From Candidatus Fervidifonticultor secundus (GTDB lineage: Bacteria > Sysuimicrobiota > Sysuimicrobiia > Sysuimicrobiales > Humicultoraceae): DNA of 64,000 nt. The stretch spans positions 89,064-153,063 of the forward strand of contig JAVKIP010000008.1 of NCBI GenBank assembly GCA_031459385.1, read 5' to 3'. Below the pieces are notes generated by a model that was given only the letters and a program-made list of their open reading frames with translations, was not told the origin of the DNA and made no database searches. Of this stretch, positions 27,951 to 37,752 are shown piece after piece. A program made the position numbers and the translations under genes. Each line of letters opens with the position of its first letter. The first letter of the stretch is position 1.

Positions 27951-29522
27951 ATGCGACAGCCGGGGGAAGCGAGGGGCGCGCTGGCCGGCGCCCTGGCGGG
28001 CGCGGTGCTGGTATGGGGGCTGGTGGCGGGCTGGGGCACCGGGGGCCTGCCGGTGGTGGCCGGCGCGCTCTGGGAGCGGGCCGTGCGGCTGCTCCCCATG
28101 GAGGTCTTCGGGTTCCTCATCGTGCGGTTCAAGTTCGCGGCGAAGCCCCTGGGGTTCTGGGCGCTGATGCTGGCCGTGGTGGTCGGGGCGGCTGCGGCGG
28201 GCGGCCTGTGGGCCCGGCGGCCACGGGGTCCGGTGCCATCGCTGGCGGTGGCGTTCGTGGTCGTGGCCGCGGCGCTCGGGCTCGCGGCCTGGCAGCCGGC
28301 GGTGACCCTGCTGAGCGCGCGGCTGGCGGCCGAGGGCGTGCTGGCGCCAGAGGCCGCGGCAGCGCGCGCGGTGGCGGCCACAGTGGTCGCCCTCGCAGCC
28401 CTGACCGCCGCGGTGTTCACAGCCCTCCTGACGGTCCTGCTGCGGCGGCCGGCGGCAGCCTCGCTGCACCTGCCTCCCGGAGCCGCAGCGGTGAGCCGGC
28501 GCCACTTCCTCGCGCGCTCGGTCGCCCTGGCGGCGGCCCTGACCGGCGCCGCGGCGGCGGCGCAGTGGGTGACCGCGCGGGCGGCGCACGCGGCGGCGGC
28601 AGTCTCGTCGCTCTTCCGGCGGCTCAAGGGGCTGCCACCCGAGGTGACCCCCACCGACAGGTTCTACGTGGTCAGCAAGAACCCGCCGGGCCTCGATCCC
28701 CGGCTGGACGCGTCGCGCTGGCGCCTGGAGATCACCGGCCTGGTGGCGAAGCCCGTGGTGCTGACCTACGAGCAGATCAAGGCGCTGCCCGCGGTGGAGC
28801 GCTACCACACCCTGGAGTGTATCAGCAACGAGGTGGGCGGCGAACTGATCGGCAACGCCAGGTGGAAGGGCGTGCGCTTCCGCGACCTCATCGCGCTGGC
28901 CGGTGGGGTGAGCCCGAAGGCGGTGCGCTTCGCGCTGCGCTGCGCCGACGGGTACAGCGAAGGGCTGGGCGTCGCCGACGCGCTGCACCCCGATACGATG
29001 CTGGCCTACGAGATGAACGGCGAGCCGCTGCCGCCCGCCCACGGCTTCCCGGTGCGGCTGCTGGTGCCCGGGCTCTTCGGCATGAAGAACCCCAAGTGGG
29101 TGACGAAGATCGAGGCGGTCTCCACCCACTTCACGGGCTACTGGCAGGCCTCGGGCTGGAGCGACGAGGCCGTGGTGAAGACGACGTCGATGTTCCGAGT
29201 GCCTGCGGGCCGGACCGCCGCCCGCGCGCCGGACGGCGCCGTCGAGCTCGGCGGCGTGGCCTACGCTGGCGACCGCGGGATCGTCCACGTCGAGGTGAGC
29301 GCCGACGACGGCAAGACGTGGATGAGAGCGGAGGTCGCCCCGCCGCTGGGCAAGTACACCTGGGTGCTGTGGGCGGCGCTGTGGACGCCGACGGGTCCCG
29401 CCACCTACACCCTGAAGGTGCGGGCGCGCGACGGCACTGGCGTACTGCAGACGGCACAGGAGGCGCCCACGCTGCCCGACGGCGCCAGCGGCTACCACAC
29501 GATCCGGGTGCGCGTGCGGTGA
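27951..29522 (+). CDS. Membrane-anchored sulfite-oxidase-family molybdoenzyme with an internal Tat motif
   Basis: N-terminal TM helices, SRRHFL, Mo-ligand TLECISN, MNGEPLPPAHGFPVRL, GMKNPKW, C-terminal Ig-like domain. Confidence 0.88.
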   Translation: MRQPGEARGALAGALAGAVLVWGLVAGWGTGGLPVVAGALWERAVRLLPMEVFGFLIVRFKFAAKPLGFWALMLAVVVGAAAAGGLWARRPRGPVPSLAVAFVVVAAALGLAAWQPAVTLLSARLAAEGVLAPEAAAARAVAATVVALAALTAAVFTALLTVLLRRPAAASLHLPPGAAAVSRRHFLARSVALAAALTGAAAAAQWVTARAAHAAAAVSSLFRRLKGLPPEVTPTDRFYVVSKNPPGLDPRLDASRWRLEITGLVAKPVVLTYEQIKALPAVERYHTLECISNEVGGELIGNARWKGVRFRDLIALAGGVSPKAVRFALRCADGYSEGLGVADALHPDTMLAYEMNGEPLPPAHGFPVRLLVPGLFGMKNPKWVTKIEAVSTHFTGYWQASGWSDEAVVKTTSMFRVPAGRTAARAPDGAVELGGVAYAGDRGIVHVEVSADDGKTWMRAEVAPPLGKYTWVLWAALWTPTGPATYTLKVRARDGTGVLQTAQEAPTLPDGASGYHTIRVRVR

Positions 29523-29621
29523 CGCCCCCGCGCCGGCAGGAATTCCCCGACGGGCCTCCGTCCCGCACCGGACTCGCCCCGGTTGCCATGTCGTCGAGCC
29601 TGTGCACGCTGGGAGGGCGGC

Positions 29622-31019
29622 GTGTCGAACGCCTATGATCTGATCGTCATCGGTGGCGGGCCCGCCGGCTACATCGGCGCCGTGCGGGCCGCGCAGCTCG
29701 GCCTGCGCACCGCGCTCGTGGAGCGCGACAAGCTGGGCGGGATCTGCACCCACTGGGGCTGCATTCCCACCAAGGTCCTCCTGCACACGGCGGAGCTCGT
29801 CGAGCGCCTGAAGCACGCCGAGGCGCTAGGGCTGGACGGCGGCCCGCTCACCGTTAACTACGAGCGGCTGCAGCAGCGCAAGGCGGAGGTGGTCGAGCGG
29901 ATCCACCGGGGCGTGCAGTACCTGATGCGCAAGCACAAGATCGATGTCTTCTACGGCACCGGACGCTTCGAACGGGCCGGTCGCGTGACGGTGGCGCTCA
30001 ACGACGGCTCGGAGACGGTGCTGGACGGCGCCCATGTGCTGGTGGCGACCGGCTCGGTGCCGCGCGGCCTCCCCGGCCTCCCGGTCGACAACCGGCGTAT
30101 CCTGGACAGCAGCGGCGCGCTGCTGCTGGCCGCCCCGCCGCGCGCCATCGTGATCGTGGGTTCGGGCGCCGTAGGCGTGGAGTTCGCGAGCCTCTTCGCC
30201 GCCCTGGGTAGCCAGGTGACCCTGGTCGAACTGCTGCCGACGCTGCTGCCGCTGGAAGACGAGGAGATCGGCCGGGGGCTGGAGCGCGTCTTCACCCGCA
30301 AGGGGATCGCGGTCCACACGGGCACGACGGCCACGCGGGCGACCCCGCGCGGCGACCGCCTGGCCGTCGCCCTGGCCCGCGGCGACCAGACCCAGGAGGT
30401 CGAAGCCGACTACGTGCTGGTCGCGGTGGGCCGCGCGCCGCTGGTGGAGGGGCTGCAGCTGGAGGCTGCGGGCGTGGCGGTCGAGCAGGGGGCCATCGTC
30501 GTGGACGAGGCGTTCCGCACCTCGGTGCCGACAGTCTACGCGGTGGGCGACTGCATCGCCCGGCCCTACCGGCTGGCCCACGTGGCCTCCGACGAGGCCA
30601 TGCACGCCGTCGAGACGATCGCCGGCGTCGAGCACGCGCCCGTCAACTACCAGGCCGTACCCCGCCCGACGTTCTCGATCCCGCAGGTGGCCACCGTCGG
30701 GCTCTCCGAGCGCCAGGCCACCGAGGCCGGCTACGACGTCAGGGTCGGGCGCTTCGTCTTCCAGGCCAACAGCAAAGCGGTCATCGAGGGCGAGCGCGAC
30801 GGGTTCGTCAAGATCGTCACCGACGCGCGGACCGGGGAGGTCCTGGGCGTGCACATGCTGGGGCCCGCGGTGACGGAACTGCTGGCGGAAGGCGTTGCCG
30901 TCAAGTATCTTGAAGGTACAGCGGTGGAGCTGGGCGGGGCGGTGCACTCGCACCCGACGCTCTCGGAAGCGGTCCGGGAGGCCGCCCTGGACGCACTGGG
31001 CCGGGTGCTGAACGCCTGA
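29622..31019 (+). CDS. lpdA: Dihydrolipoamide dehydrogenase (E3)
   Basis: GGGPAGY, GGICTHWGCIPTK, HPTLSE. Confidence 0.96.
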   Translation: MSNAYDLIVIGGGPAGYIGAVRAAQLGLRTALVERDKLGGICTHWGCIPTKVLLHTAELVERLKHAEALGLDGGPLTVNYERLQQRKAEVVERIHRGVQYLMRKHKIDVFYGTGRFERAGRVTVALNDGSETVLDGAHVLVATGSVPRGLPGLPVDNRRILDSSGALLLAAPPRAIVIVGSGAVGVEFASLFAALGSQVTLVELLPTLLPLEDEEIGRGLERVFTRKGIAVHTGTTATRATPRGDRLAVALARGDQTQEVEADYVLVAVGRAPLVEGLQLEAAGVAVEQGAIVVDEAFRTSVPTVYAVGDCIARPYRLAHVASDEAMHAVETIAGVEHAPVNYQAVPRPTFSIPQVATVGLSERQATEAGYDVRVGRFVFQANSKAVIEGERDGFVKIVTDARTGEVLGVHMLGPAVTELLAEGVAVKYLEGTAVELGGAVHSHPTLSEAVREAALDALGRVLNA

Positions 31020-31100
31020 CCCGACCACCCCCGCCGGGCGCACGACGCCCGGCCGGGTGCAGGGAACCGACTCTGCACAGGCCTCGAGGGGGGCGAGGAG

Positions 31101-32123
31101 ATGGGCGACCGAGACCTGCAAACCGCGGCCGCGCAGGCCCGGCACGTCGCGCTGGGCCTCTCCGACGACGACGTGCTCCACATGTACCACACGCTGGCGC
31201 TGGCCCGCGCCATCGACGAGCGGATGTGGGTGTTGCAGCGGGCCGGCCTGGTGCCCTTCGTGATCTCGGGCCAGGGGCACGAGGGCGCCCAGGTCGGCGT
31301 GATGTGGGCCACCGACCGCGCGCGCGACTGGCTGGTGCCGTTCTACCGCTCGCTGGCCGCGTGCCTCGCCAAGGGGATGTCACCCCGGGACCTGATGCTG
31401 GGGCTCTTCGCGCGCGCGGAGGATCCTTCCAGCGGCGGCCGGCAGATGCCCGCGCACTGGGCGCACCCGAAGCTCAAGATCCTGTCCACCAGCAGCCCCG
31501 TGGGCACCCAGTACCTGCACGCGGTGGGTATCGCCTACGCGGCGAAGCTGCGCGCGACGGGAGAGATCTGCGTGACCTCCGTCGGGGAGGGCGGCACCAG
31601 CCAGGGTGACTGGCACGAGGCGATGAACTTCGCCGGCATCCACCGGCTGCCGGTGGTCTTTATGGTCGAGAACAACCGCTACGCGATCTCGGTGCCGCAG
31701 CGGCTGCAGATGGCCGTGGACGACGTCGCGGTGCGCGCCGCCGGCTACGGCTTCCCGGGGGTCGTTGTGGACGGCTCGGACGTGCTGGCGTGCTACGAGG
31801 CGGGCCGCGAGGCGGTGCGGCGGGCCAGGGCCGGCGAAGGCCCCACGCTCATCGAGGCCAAGGTCGAGCGCCTCACCGCCCATTCGTCCGAGGACCGGCA
31901 GGAGAAGTACCGGCCCACGGCCGACGTCGAGGCCGCCCGGAGCCGCGACCCGCTCGTGGTCTTCAAACATTACCTGGAGCAGGTGGGCGTGCTGGACGAA
32001 CGGCGCTACACCGAGATCCACGCCCGGATCCGCCGCGAGGTCGACGCGGCCACCGAGTACGCCGAGCAGGCACCGTGGCCCGATCCCGGCACGGTCACCC
32101 GGCACGTCTACTTCGAGGCGTAG
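31101..32123 (+). CDS. bkdA: Branched-chain 2-oxoacid dehydrogenase E1 alpha
   Basis: SGQGHEGAQ, GGRQMPAH, SSPVGTQ, GEGG..ENN. Confidence 0.9.
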   Translation: MGDRDLQTAAAQARHVALGLSDDDVLHMYHTLALARAIDERMWVLQRAGLVPFVISGQGHEGAQVGVMWATDRARDWLVPFYRSLAACLAKGMSPRDLMLGLFARAEDPSSGGRQMPAHWAHPKLKILSTSSPVGTQYLHAVGIAYAAKLRATGEICVTSVGEGGTSQGDWHEAMNFAGIHRLPVVFMVENNRYAISVPQRLQMAVDDVAVRAAGYGFPGVVVDGSDVLACYEAGREAVRRARAGEGPTLIEAKVERLTAHSSEDRQEKYRPTADVEAARSRDPLVVFKHYLEQVGVLDERRYTEIHARIRREVDAATEYAEQAPWPDPGTVTRHVYFEA

Positions 32124-32138
32124 GCGGAGGAGCGCGCC

Positions 32139-33128
32139 ATGCCGGAGCTGCGGCTGCTCGACGCGATCCGCGAGGCCATGTACGAGGAGATGAAGCGCGA
32201 CGCGCGCGTCGTGGTGCTCGGCGAGGACGTGGGGCCCAAGGGCGGGGTCTTCGGCGCCACCGACGGCTTCGCCGCCGAGTTCGGGGACGCGCGGGTGCTG
32301 GACACGCCGCTGGCCGAGTCCACTATCGTGGGCGCCGCCATCGGCATGGCCGTCAACGGCCTCATCCCCATCGCCGAGATCCAGTTCTCCGACTTCATCT
32401 TTCCGGCGACCAACCAGATCGTGAGCGAGGCAGCGCGCATGCGCTACCGCAGCAACGGGGCGTTCGGGTGCCCTATCGTCATCCGCGCGCCCTACGGCGG
32501 CGGAGTGGAGGTGCACGGCGGCCTGTACCACTCCCAGAGCATCGAAGCGTTCTTCAGCCACGTCCCGGGGCTCAAGGTCGTGGCGCCGTCGACACCCTAC
32601 GACGCCAAGGGGTTACTGAAGGCCGCGATTCGCGACCCCGACCCGGTGCTGTACCTGGAGCACAAGCGGCTCTACCGCGCCGTCCGCGGCGAGGTGCCCG
32701 ACGCCGACTACGTGGTGCCCATCGGCCTGGCCGTCGTGCGCCGGCCGGGGACTACCCTGTCGCTGTTCGCCTACGGCCAGATGCTGCACGATGCGCTGGC
32801 CGTCGCGGCGGAGGTGGCTGGCGAGGGGATCGACGTCGAGGTGGTCGACCTGCAGACGCTGCGGCCGCTGGACGTCGAGACGATCCTGGCCTCGGTTCGG
32901 AGGACGAACAAGGCCCTGATCGTCTACGAAGACAACCGGTTCATGGGCTTCGGCGCCGAGGTGGCGGCCCTCATCGCCGAGGAGGCGTTCGACGCGCTGG
33001 ACGGGCCGGTGATGCGCGTGGCCGGGCTCGACGTCCCGGCGGTGCCCTACGCCGACCCCCTGGCCGCGGCGTTCATGCCCTCCCGGGCCAAGATCGCCGA
33101 CGCCGTCCGGCGTCTGGCCGCGTACTGA
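32139..33128 (+). CDS. bkdB: Branched-chain 2-oxoacid dehydrogenase E1 beta
   Basis: GEDVG..GGVF, DTPLAE, EIQFSDF, HGGLYHSQ. Confidence 0.9.
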   Translation: MPELRLLDAIREAMYEEMKRDARVVVLGEDVGPKGGVFGATDGFAAEFGDARVLDTPLAESTIVGAAIGMAVNGLIPIAEIQFSDFIFPATNQIVSEAARMRYRSNGAFGCPIVIRAPYGGGVEVHGGLYHSQSIEAFFSHVPGLKVVAPSTPYDAKGLLKAAIRDPDPVLYLEHKRLYRAVRGEVPDADYVVPIGLAVVRRPGTTLSLFAYGQMLHDALAVAAEVAGEGIDVEVVDLQTLRPLDVETILASVRRTNKALIVYEDNRFMGFGAEVAALIAEEAFDALDGPVMRVAGLDVPAVPYADPLAAAFMPSRAKIADAVRRLAAY

Positions 33129-33140
33129 GGGCGGCGTCCG

Positions 33141-34406
33141 ATGCCGGTCGAGATCAAGCTACCGCAGCTGGGGGAGAGCATTCACGAAGGCACCATCGCC
33201 CGGTGGCTCAAGCAGCCTGGGGACCGGGTCGCGAAGTACGAGCCGCTGGTGGAGATTACCACCGACAAGGTCAACGTGGAGATGCCCTCACCGGTGGCCG
33301 GGATGCTGGTCGCCCTCCTGGTGCCGGAAGGTGAGACACGGCCGGTGGGGTCGCCGATCGCGCTGGTGGAACTGGAGGGCGCGGCGGCGACGGAGGGCGC
33401 GGCGGCCGCGGACGCCAGACAGGCCCAGGGCCCCGGGCGGGAAGCCCCGGCGACGCCCGCTGCCGGGGCCGGCATGCCGGCGCCCGCGGCGGCGTCCCCG
33501 ACCGCCGCGCGCGACCGCGGCGGGGCGCGTCTGTCGCCGCTGGTGCTGCGCCTGGCCCGCGAGCACGGCATCCCGCTCGGCGTGCTCGAGACCCTGCCCG
33601 GCTCGGGCGCTGGCGGCCGCGTGACGAAGGACGACGTGCTCCGCTACGTCGCGCAGCGGGCGGCGGCGCCCGCCGCCGGCATCGCCGCGCCCGCACCCGC
33701 GCCGGCGCCGGGGGCGCCATCGGGCGACCGGCTGGTGAAGCTCACGCCGATCCGGCGTGCCATCGCCCAGCGCATGGCGCAGAGCAAGCGCGAGATCCCC
33801 CACGCCTACGGCGTGATCGAAGTGGACATGAGCGCCGTGGTGGCATGGCGCGAGGCCCACAAAGAGGCCTGGCGGCGCGAGGGGGTGCCCCTGACCTACA
33901 CCGCCTTTTTCATCCGGGCGGCCGTGGACGCCCTGCGCGCCTACCCGGTCGTGAATGCTGCCTGGACCGACGAGGGCATCCTGCTGCGTGGGACGATCAA
34001 CATCGGCGTGGGCATCGCCATCGACGACGGGCTCGTGGTGCCGGTGCTCCGCGAGGCCGACCGGCTCAGCCTGCGCGGCGTGGCCGCGGCGCTCGACGAC
34101 CTGACGCGCCGGGCGCGCGCCGGCCAGCTGACGCTGGACGACATCCAGGGCGGCACCTTCACCATCACCAACCCCGGAGTCTTCGGGTCGATCTGGTCGA
34201 TGCCGATCATCGTCCCGGGCCAGGCGGCGATCCTCGCCACCGACGCCATCGTCAAGCGCGCGGTGGTCCGCGACGACGCCATCGCCATCCGGCCGATCAT
34301 GCACCTGGGGCTGTCGTTCGACCATCGCGTCTTCGACGGTGCCGTCGGCATGCAGTTCCTCCAGCACCTGAAGGCCTGGTTCGAGGGGTTCCGCGATGCC
34401 GGGTGA
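33141..34406 (+). CDS. bkdC: Branched-chain 2-oxoacid dehydrogenase E2
   Basis: PQLGES, TTDKVN lipoyl site, SFDHRVFDG. Confidence 0.92.
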   Translation: MPVEIKLPQLGESIHEGTIARWLKQPGDRVAKYEPLVEITTDKVNVEMPSPVAGMLVALLVPEGETRPVGSPIALVELEGAAATEGAAAADARQAQGPGREAPATPAAGAGMPAPAAASPTAARDRGGARLSPLVLRLAREHGIPLGVLETLPGSGAGGRVTKDDVLRYVAQRAAAPAAGIAAPAPAPAPGAPSGDRLVKLTPIRRAIAQRMAQSKREIPHAYGVIEVDMSAVVAWREAHKEAWRREGVPLTYTAFFIRAAVDALRAYPVVNAAWTDEGILLRGTINIGVGIAIDDGLVVPVLREADRLSLRGVAAALDDLTRRARAGQLTLDDIQGGTFTITNPGVFGSIWSMPIIVPGQAAILATDAIVKRAVVRDDAIAIRPIMHLGLSFDHRVFDGAVGMQFLQHLKAWFEGFRDAG

Positions 34407-35301
34407 TGGCGCCCGGCGCCCCGCGTGGCTGAAGGTCCGGCTGCCGGGCGGTCCCGACTACGCCGACCTGGTGGGCATCATGCGCACGCAGCAGATGCAC
34501 ACGGTCTGCGAGGAGGCCCGCTGCCCCAACATCGGCGAGTGCTGGGGGCGCCGGACCGCCACCTTCCTCATCCTGGGCAACGTCTGCACGCGGAACTGCG
34601 CCTACTGCGCCGTCGCCCACGGCCTGCCCACCGAGCTGGACCGCGCCGAGCCGGCCCGGCTGGCCGCCGCCGTGGCGGCCATGGGCCTGCGCCACGCCGT
34701 GGTCACCTCGGTGAACCGCGACGACCTGGCCGACGGCGGCGCGGCGATCTACGCCGAGACGATCCGGCAGATCCACCGGCGCGTGCCTGCGTGCACCGTC
34801 GAGGTGCTCGTTCCCGACTTCAAGGGCGATCCCGAGGCGCTGCGCACGGTACTGGAGGCCAACCCCGAGATCCTGGGGCACAACATCGAGGCGCCCCGGC
34901 GCATCTTCGCCGTCGTGCGCGCCGGCGGCGATTACGACCGGTCCCTGACCCTGCTCCGCCGCGCCAAGGAGTGGGGCTACACCTCGTTCACCAAGAGCAG
35001 CATCATCCTGGGCATGGGCGAGACGCCCGACGAGGTCCTGGAGACGATGGACGACCTGCGCGCCGTGGACGTCGACGTCCTGACGTTGGGCCAGTACCTG
35101 CGCCCTGGCCCGGGCTACCACCCCATCGACCGCTACTACACCCCCGAGGAGTTTGCGTGGCTGAAAGACGAGGGGCTGCGGCGGGGGTTCCGCTACGTCG
35201 AAGCCGGCCCGCTGGTGCGGTCGTCGTACCGGGCCGACGTGCAGGCCCAGGCCGTGCGGGCGTACCGCGCGCGCCTGGGGGCGGTGTCGGCGGCCGATTG
35301 A
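34396..35301 (+). CDS. lipA: Lipoyl synthase
   Basis: CEEARCPNIGEC, CTRNCAYC, RSSY. Confidence 0.97.
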   Translation: MPGDGARRPAWLKVRLPGGPDYADLVGIMRTQQMHTVCEEARCPNIGECWGRRTATFLILGNVCTRNCAYCAVAHGLPTELDRAEPARLAAAVAAMGLRHAVVTSVNRDDLADGGAAIYAETIRQIHRRVPACTVEVLVPDFKGDPEALRTVLEANPEILGHNIEAPRRIFAVVRAGGDYDRSLTLLRRAKEWGYTSFTKSSIILGMGETPDEVLETMDDLRAVDVDVLTLGQYLRPGPGYHPIDRYYTPEEFAWLKDEGLRRGFRYVEAGPLVRSSYRADVQAQAVRAYRARLGAVSAAD

Positions 35302-35331
35302 CGCGGACGGGCCGCAGCAGGGCCCGCGCCG

Positions 35332-36363
35332 CTAGCGCCGCTGCCGGGCCAGTTCTTTCTCCTTCTTCTCCATGATGGCGGAGGAGTGCCCGGGGAACGC
35401 CGACGCGTGCGGGTCGAGGTAGGTCGCCGCGTTGTTCACCGCCGTGGCCGCCTCGCCGAACCCGGTGACGATCAGCTTCAGCTTGCCCGGGAACGTGGCG
35501 ATGTCGCCGGCCGCGTAGACCCCCGGCAGGTTGGTCTCCATCTTGGTGTTGACCGCGATCGCGTCGCCCTCCAGCTGCAGCCCCCACTGCGCGATGGGCC
35601 CCAGGTTGGAGACCAGGCCCAGGAACGCCAGCACGGCGTCCACCCGCAGCACTTCCTCCTGCCCGGTCCGGTTGTTGACGATGACGGCCTCCTCGACGTG
35701 CGGGTCGCCCCGCAACGCCCGCAGCTCGTAGAACACCTTGACGGTGATGGGCGACTCGAACAGCTTCTTCACGCTGTCGACGTGGGCGCGGAAGCCGTCG
35801 CGGCGGTGGATCAGCGTGATGGCCCGGGCGTAGGGCAGGAGGTTCAGCGCCCAGTCCAGCGCCGAGTCGCCGCCGCCCACCACCAGCAGGGTCTTGTCGC
35901 GGAACTCCTCCTTCCGCCGCACGGCGAAGAAGAGGCCGCGGCCCTCGTACCGGTCGAGCTCGGGCCGCTTGTAGGTCTTGGGCGTGAAGGCGCCGATGCC
36001 CGCGGTGATGATCACCACGCGGCTGTGGTGCCGGGCGTGCGCGGTGCCGAGCTCGATCACCCCGTCGGCCCGGTGCGCCAGCGTCTGGACCTCTTCGCTC
36101 AGGCAGACGGTGGGCTCGTACTGCATCGCCTGCTCCACCAGGTTGGCGACCAGCTCCTTGCCCAGGATCTTGGGGAAGCCCGCCACGTCGTAGATGTACT
36201 TGTCCGGGTAGAGGGCAGTGATCTGCCCGCCCAGGTCGGGCTGGCTGTCGATGAGCTTGGTGCGGAATCCGCGGAACCCGGCGTAGTACGCCGCGAACAG
36301 GCCCGTCGGCCCGGCGCCGATAATGGTGACGTCGTAGAGATCCTGGGCCTGTGCCTCGTCCAT
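35332..36363 (-). CDS. Ferredoxin-NADP+ reductase (TrxR-like, YumC type)
   Basis: GAGPTG, GGQITALYPDKYIYDVAG, GGGDSALDW, HRR, PGKLKLI..G.GEA; no CxxC. Confidence 0.9.
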   Translation of the reverse strand: MDEAQAQDLYDVTIIGAGPTGLFAAYYAGFRGFRTKLIDSQPDLGGQITALYPDKYIYDVAGFPKILGKELVANLVEQAMQYEPTVCLSEEVQTLAHRADGVIELGTAHARHHSRVVIITAGIGAFTPKTYKRPELDRYEGRGLFFAVRRKEEFRDKTLLVVGGGDSALDWALNLLPYARAITLIHRRDGFRAHVDSVKKLFESPITVKVFYELRALRGDPHVEEAVIVNNRTGQEEVLRVDAVLAFLGLVSNLGPIAQWGLQLEGDAIAVNTKMETNLPGVYAAGDIATFPGKLKLIVTGFGEAATAVNNAATYLDPHASAFPGHSSAIMEKKEKELARQRR

Positions 36364-36515
36364 GAACGCCTCCGCGGTCCGCCCGGTCGGGTGGACAGCC
36401 ACCCTCCAGCGTGACCGTGCCCCATTGTACCCGTTTCTTGACACGAATTCCCACCCGTGCCAGTGTTAGGAATAATCAAGGCGCACGGCATCGTCTGGAG
36501 GTGTGGGGGAGAGGG

Positions 36516-37697
36516 ATGGCGGTCCAGACACAGCGCGGCACCGCGCCGCTGTTGAGCAAGGAGCAGCTGACTCGCTACTCGCGGCAGATCATCCTCGAGG
36601 AGCTGGGGGTGGCGGGGCAGCGCAGGCTGCTGGAGAGCAGGGTGTTGGTCGTCGGGGCCGGCGGACTGGGCTCGCCGGCCTCGCTCTACCTGGCCGCGGC
36701 CGGCGTGGGGACGCTGGGTATCGTCGACGGCGACCGGGTGGACCTCTCGAACCTGCACCGGCAGATCATTCACTTCACGCACGACATCGGCCGGCCCAAG
36801 ACGCAGTCGGCCCAGCGGACCCTGGAGGCCGTCAACCCCGACGTCACGGTCGTCCCCCACCAGACGACGCTGACGTCCGAGAACGCCCTGGAGATCATCC
36901 GCGACTACGACGTGGTCGTCAACGGCAGCGACAACTTCCCCACCCGCTACCTGGTCAACGATGCGTGCGTCCTGCTGCGCAAACCCCTGGTGGACGCCAG
37001 CATCCTCAAGTGGGAGGGCCAGGCCACGGTCTTCCTGCCGGGACAGGGATGCTACCGGTGCCTGTTCCCGACGCCGCCGCCGCCGGGGTCCGTGCCCTCG
37101 TGCGCCGAGGGGGGGATCGTCGGCGCCGTGGCCGGCTACATGGGCACGCTGCAGGCCATCGAGGCCGTCAAGATCCTGCTGGGCGTTGGCGAGACCCTGG
37201 CCAACCGGCTGCTGCTCTTCGACGCCCTGCAGGGCGAGGTCCGCACGCTCCGGTGGACCCGGAACCCCGCCTGCCCGGCCTGCGGCGACCATCCCACGAT
37301 CACCGCGCTCATCGACTACGAGCAGTTCTGCGGGCTGCCGGGCCGTCAGCACGCGTCGGCGGTCCAGGAGGCCGGCCCACCGGCCGTGGATCCCGACGAA
37401 GCGTCGCGCCTGCTGGCGCAGGGCGCGCAGCTCATCGACGTGCGCGAGCCCTGGGAGTGGGCCATGGTGCGCATCCCGGGCGCCGTGCTGATCCCCATGG
37501 CCGAGGTTTCCCAGCGCACGTCCGAGATCGACCCTAACCGGCCGGTGGTCGTGCAGTGCGCGACGGGCGCGCGCAGCGCGAAAGTGACCGAACTGCTGCG
37601 CCAGGCTGGCTACGCCCAGGCGTACAACCTGGCCGGCGGCATCGTGGAGTGGCAGAACCGGCAGCTGCCCGTGGAGGTCGGGGACGGCCGCCGGTAG
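36516..37697 (+). CDS. moeB: MoeB/ThiF adenylyltransferase fused to a rhodanese domain (MoeZ/MoeBR)
   Basis: RYSRQI, GAGGLG, SNLHRQ, CYRC, CPAC; C-terminal DVREP..CATGARS..NLAGG. Confidence 0.93.
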   Translation: MAVQTQRGTAPLLSKEQLTRYSRQIILEELGVAGQRRLLESRVLVVGAGGLGSPASLYLAAAGVGTLGIVDGDRVDLSNLHRQIIHFTHDIGRPKTQSAQRTLEAVNPDVTVVPHQTTLTSENALEIIRDYDVVVNGSDNFPTRYLVNDACVLLRKPLVDASILKWEGQATVFLPGQGCYRCLFPTPPPPGSVPSCAEGGIVGAVAGYMGTLQAIEAVKILLGVGETLANRLLLFDALQGEVRTLRWTRNPACPACGDHPTITALIDYEQFCGLPGRQHASAVQEAGPPAVDPDEASRLLAQGAQLIDVREPWEWAMVRIPGAVLIPMAEVSQRTSEIDPNRPVVVQCATGARSAKVTELLRQAGYAQAYNLAGGIVEWQNRQLPVEVGDGRR

Positions 37698-37752
37698 CGC
37701 GTCGGGGCCCGGCGGTGGTGCACGCCGTCGCCCCACCGGACCCGAGGCTCCC

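Noticed and set aside
29536..29565. GCAGGAATT upstream of lpdA as another SigH-like promoter
   Set aside because: The -35-like half matches, but there is no GAA/TAA box at the 18-nt spacing.
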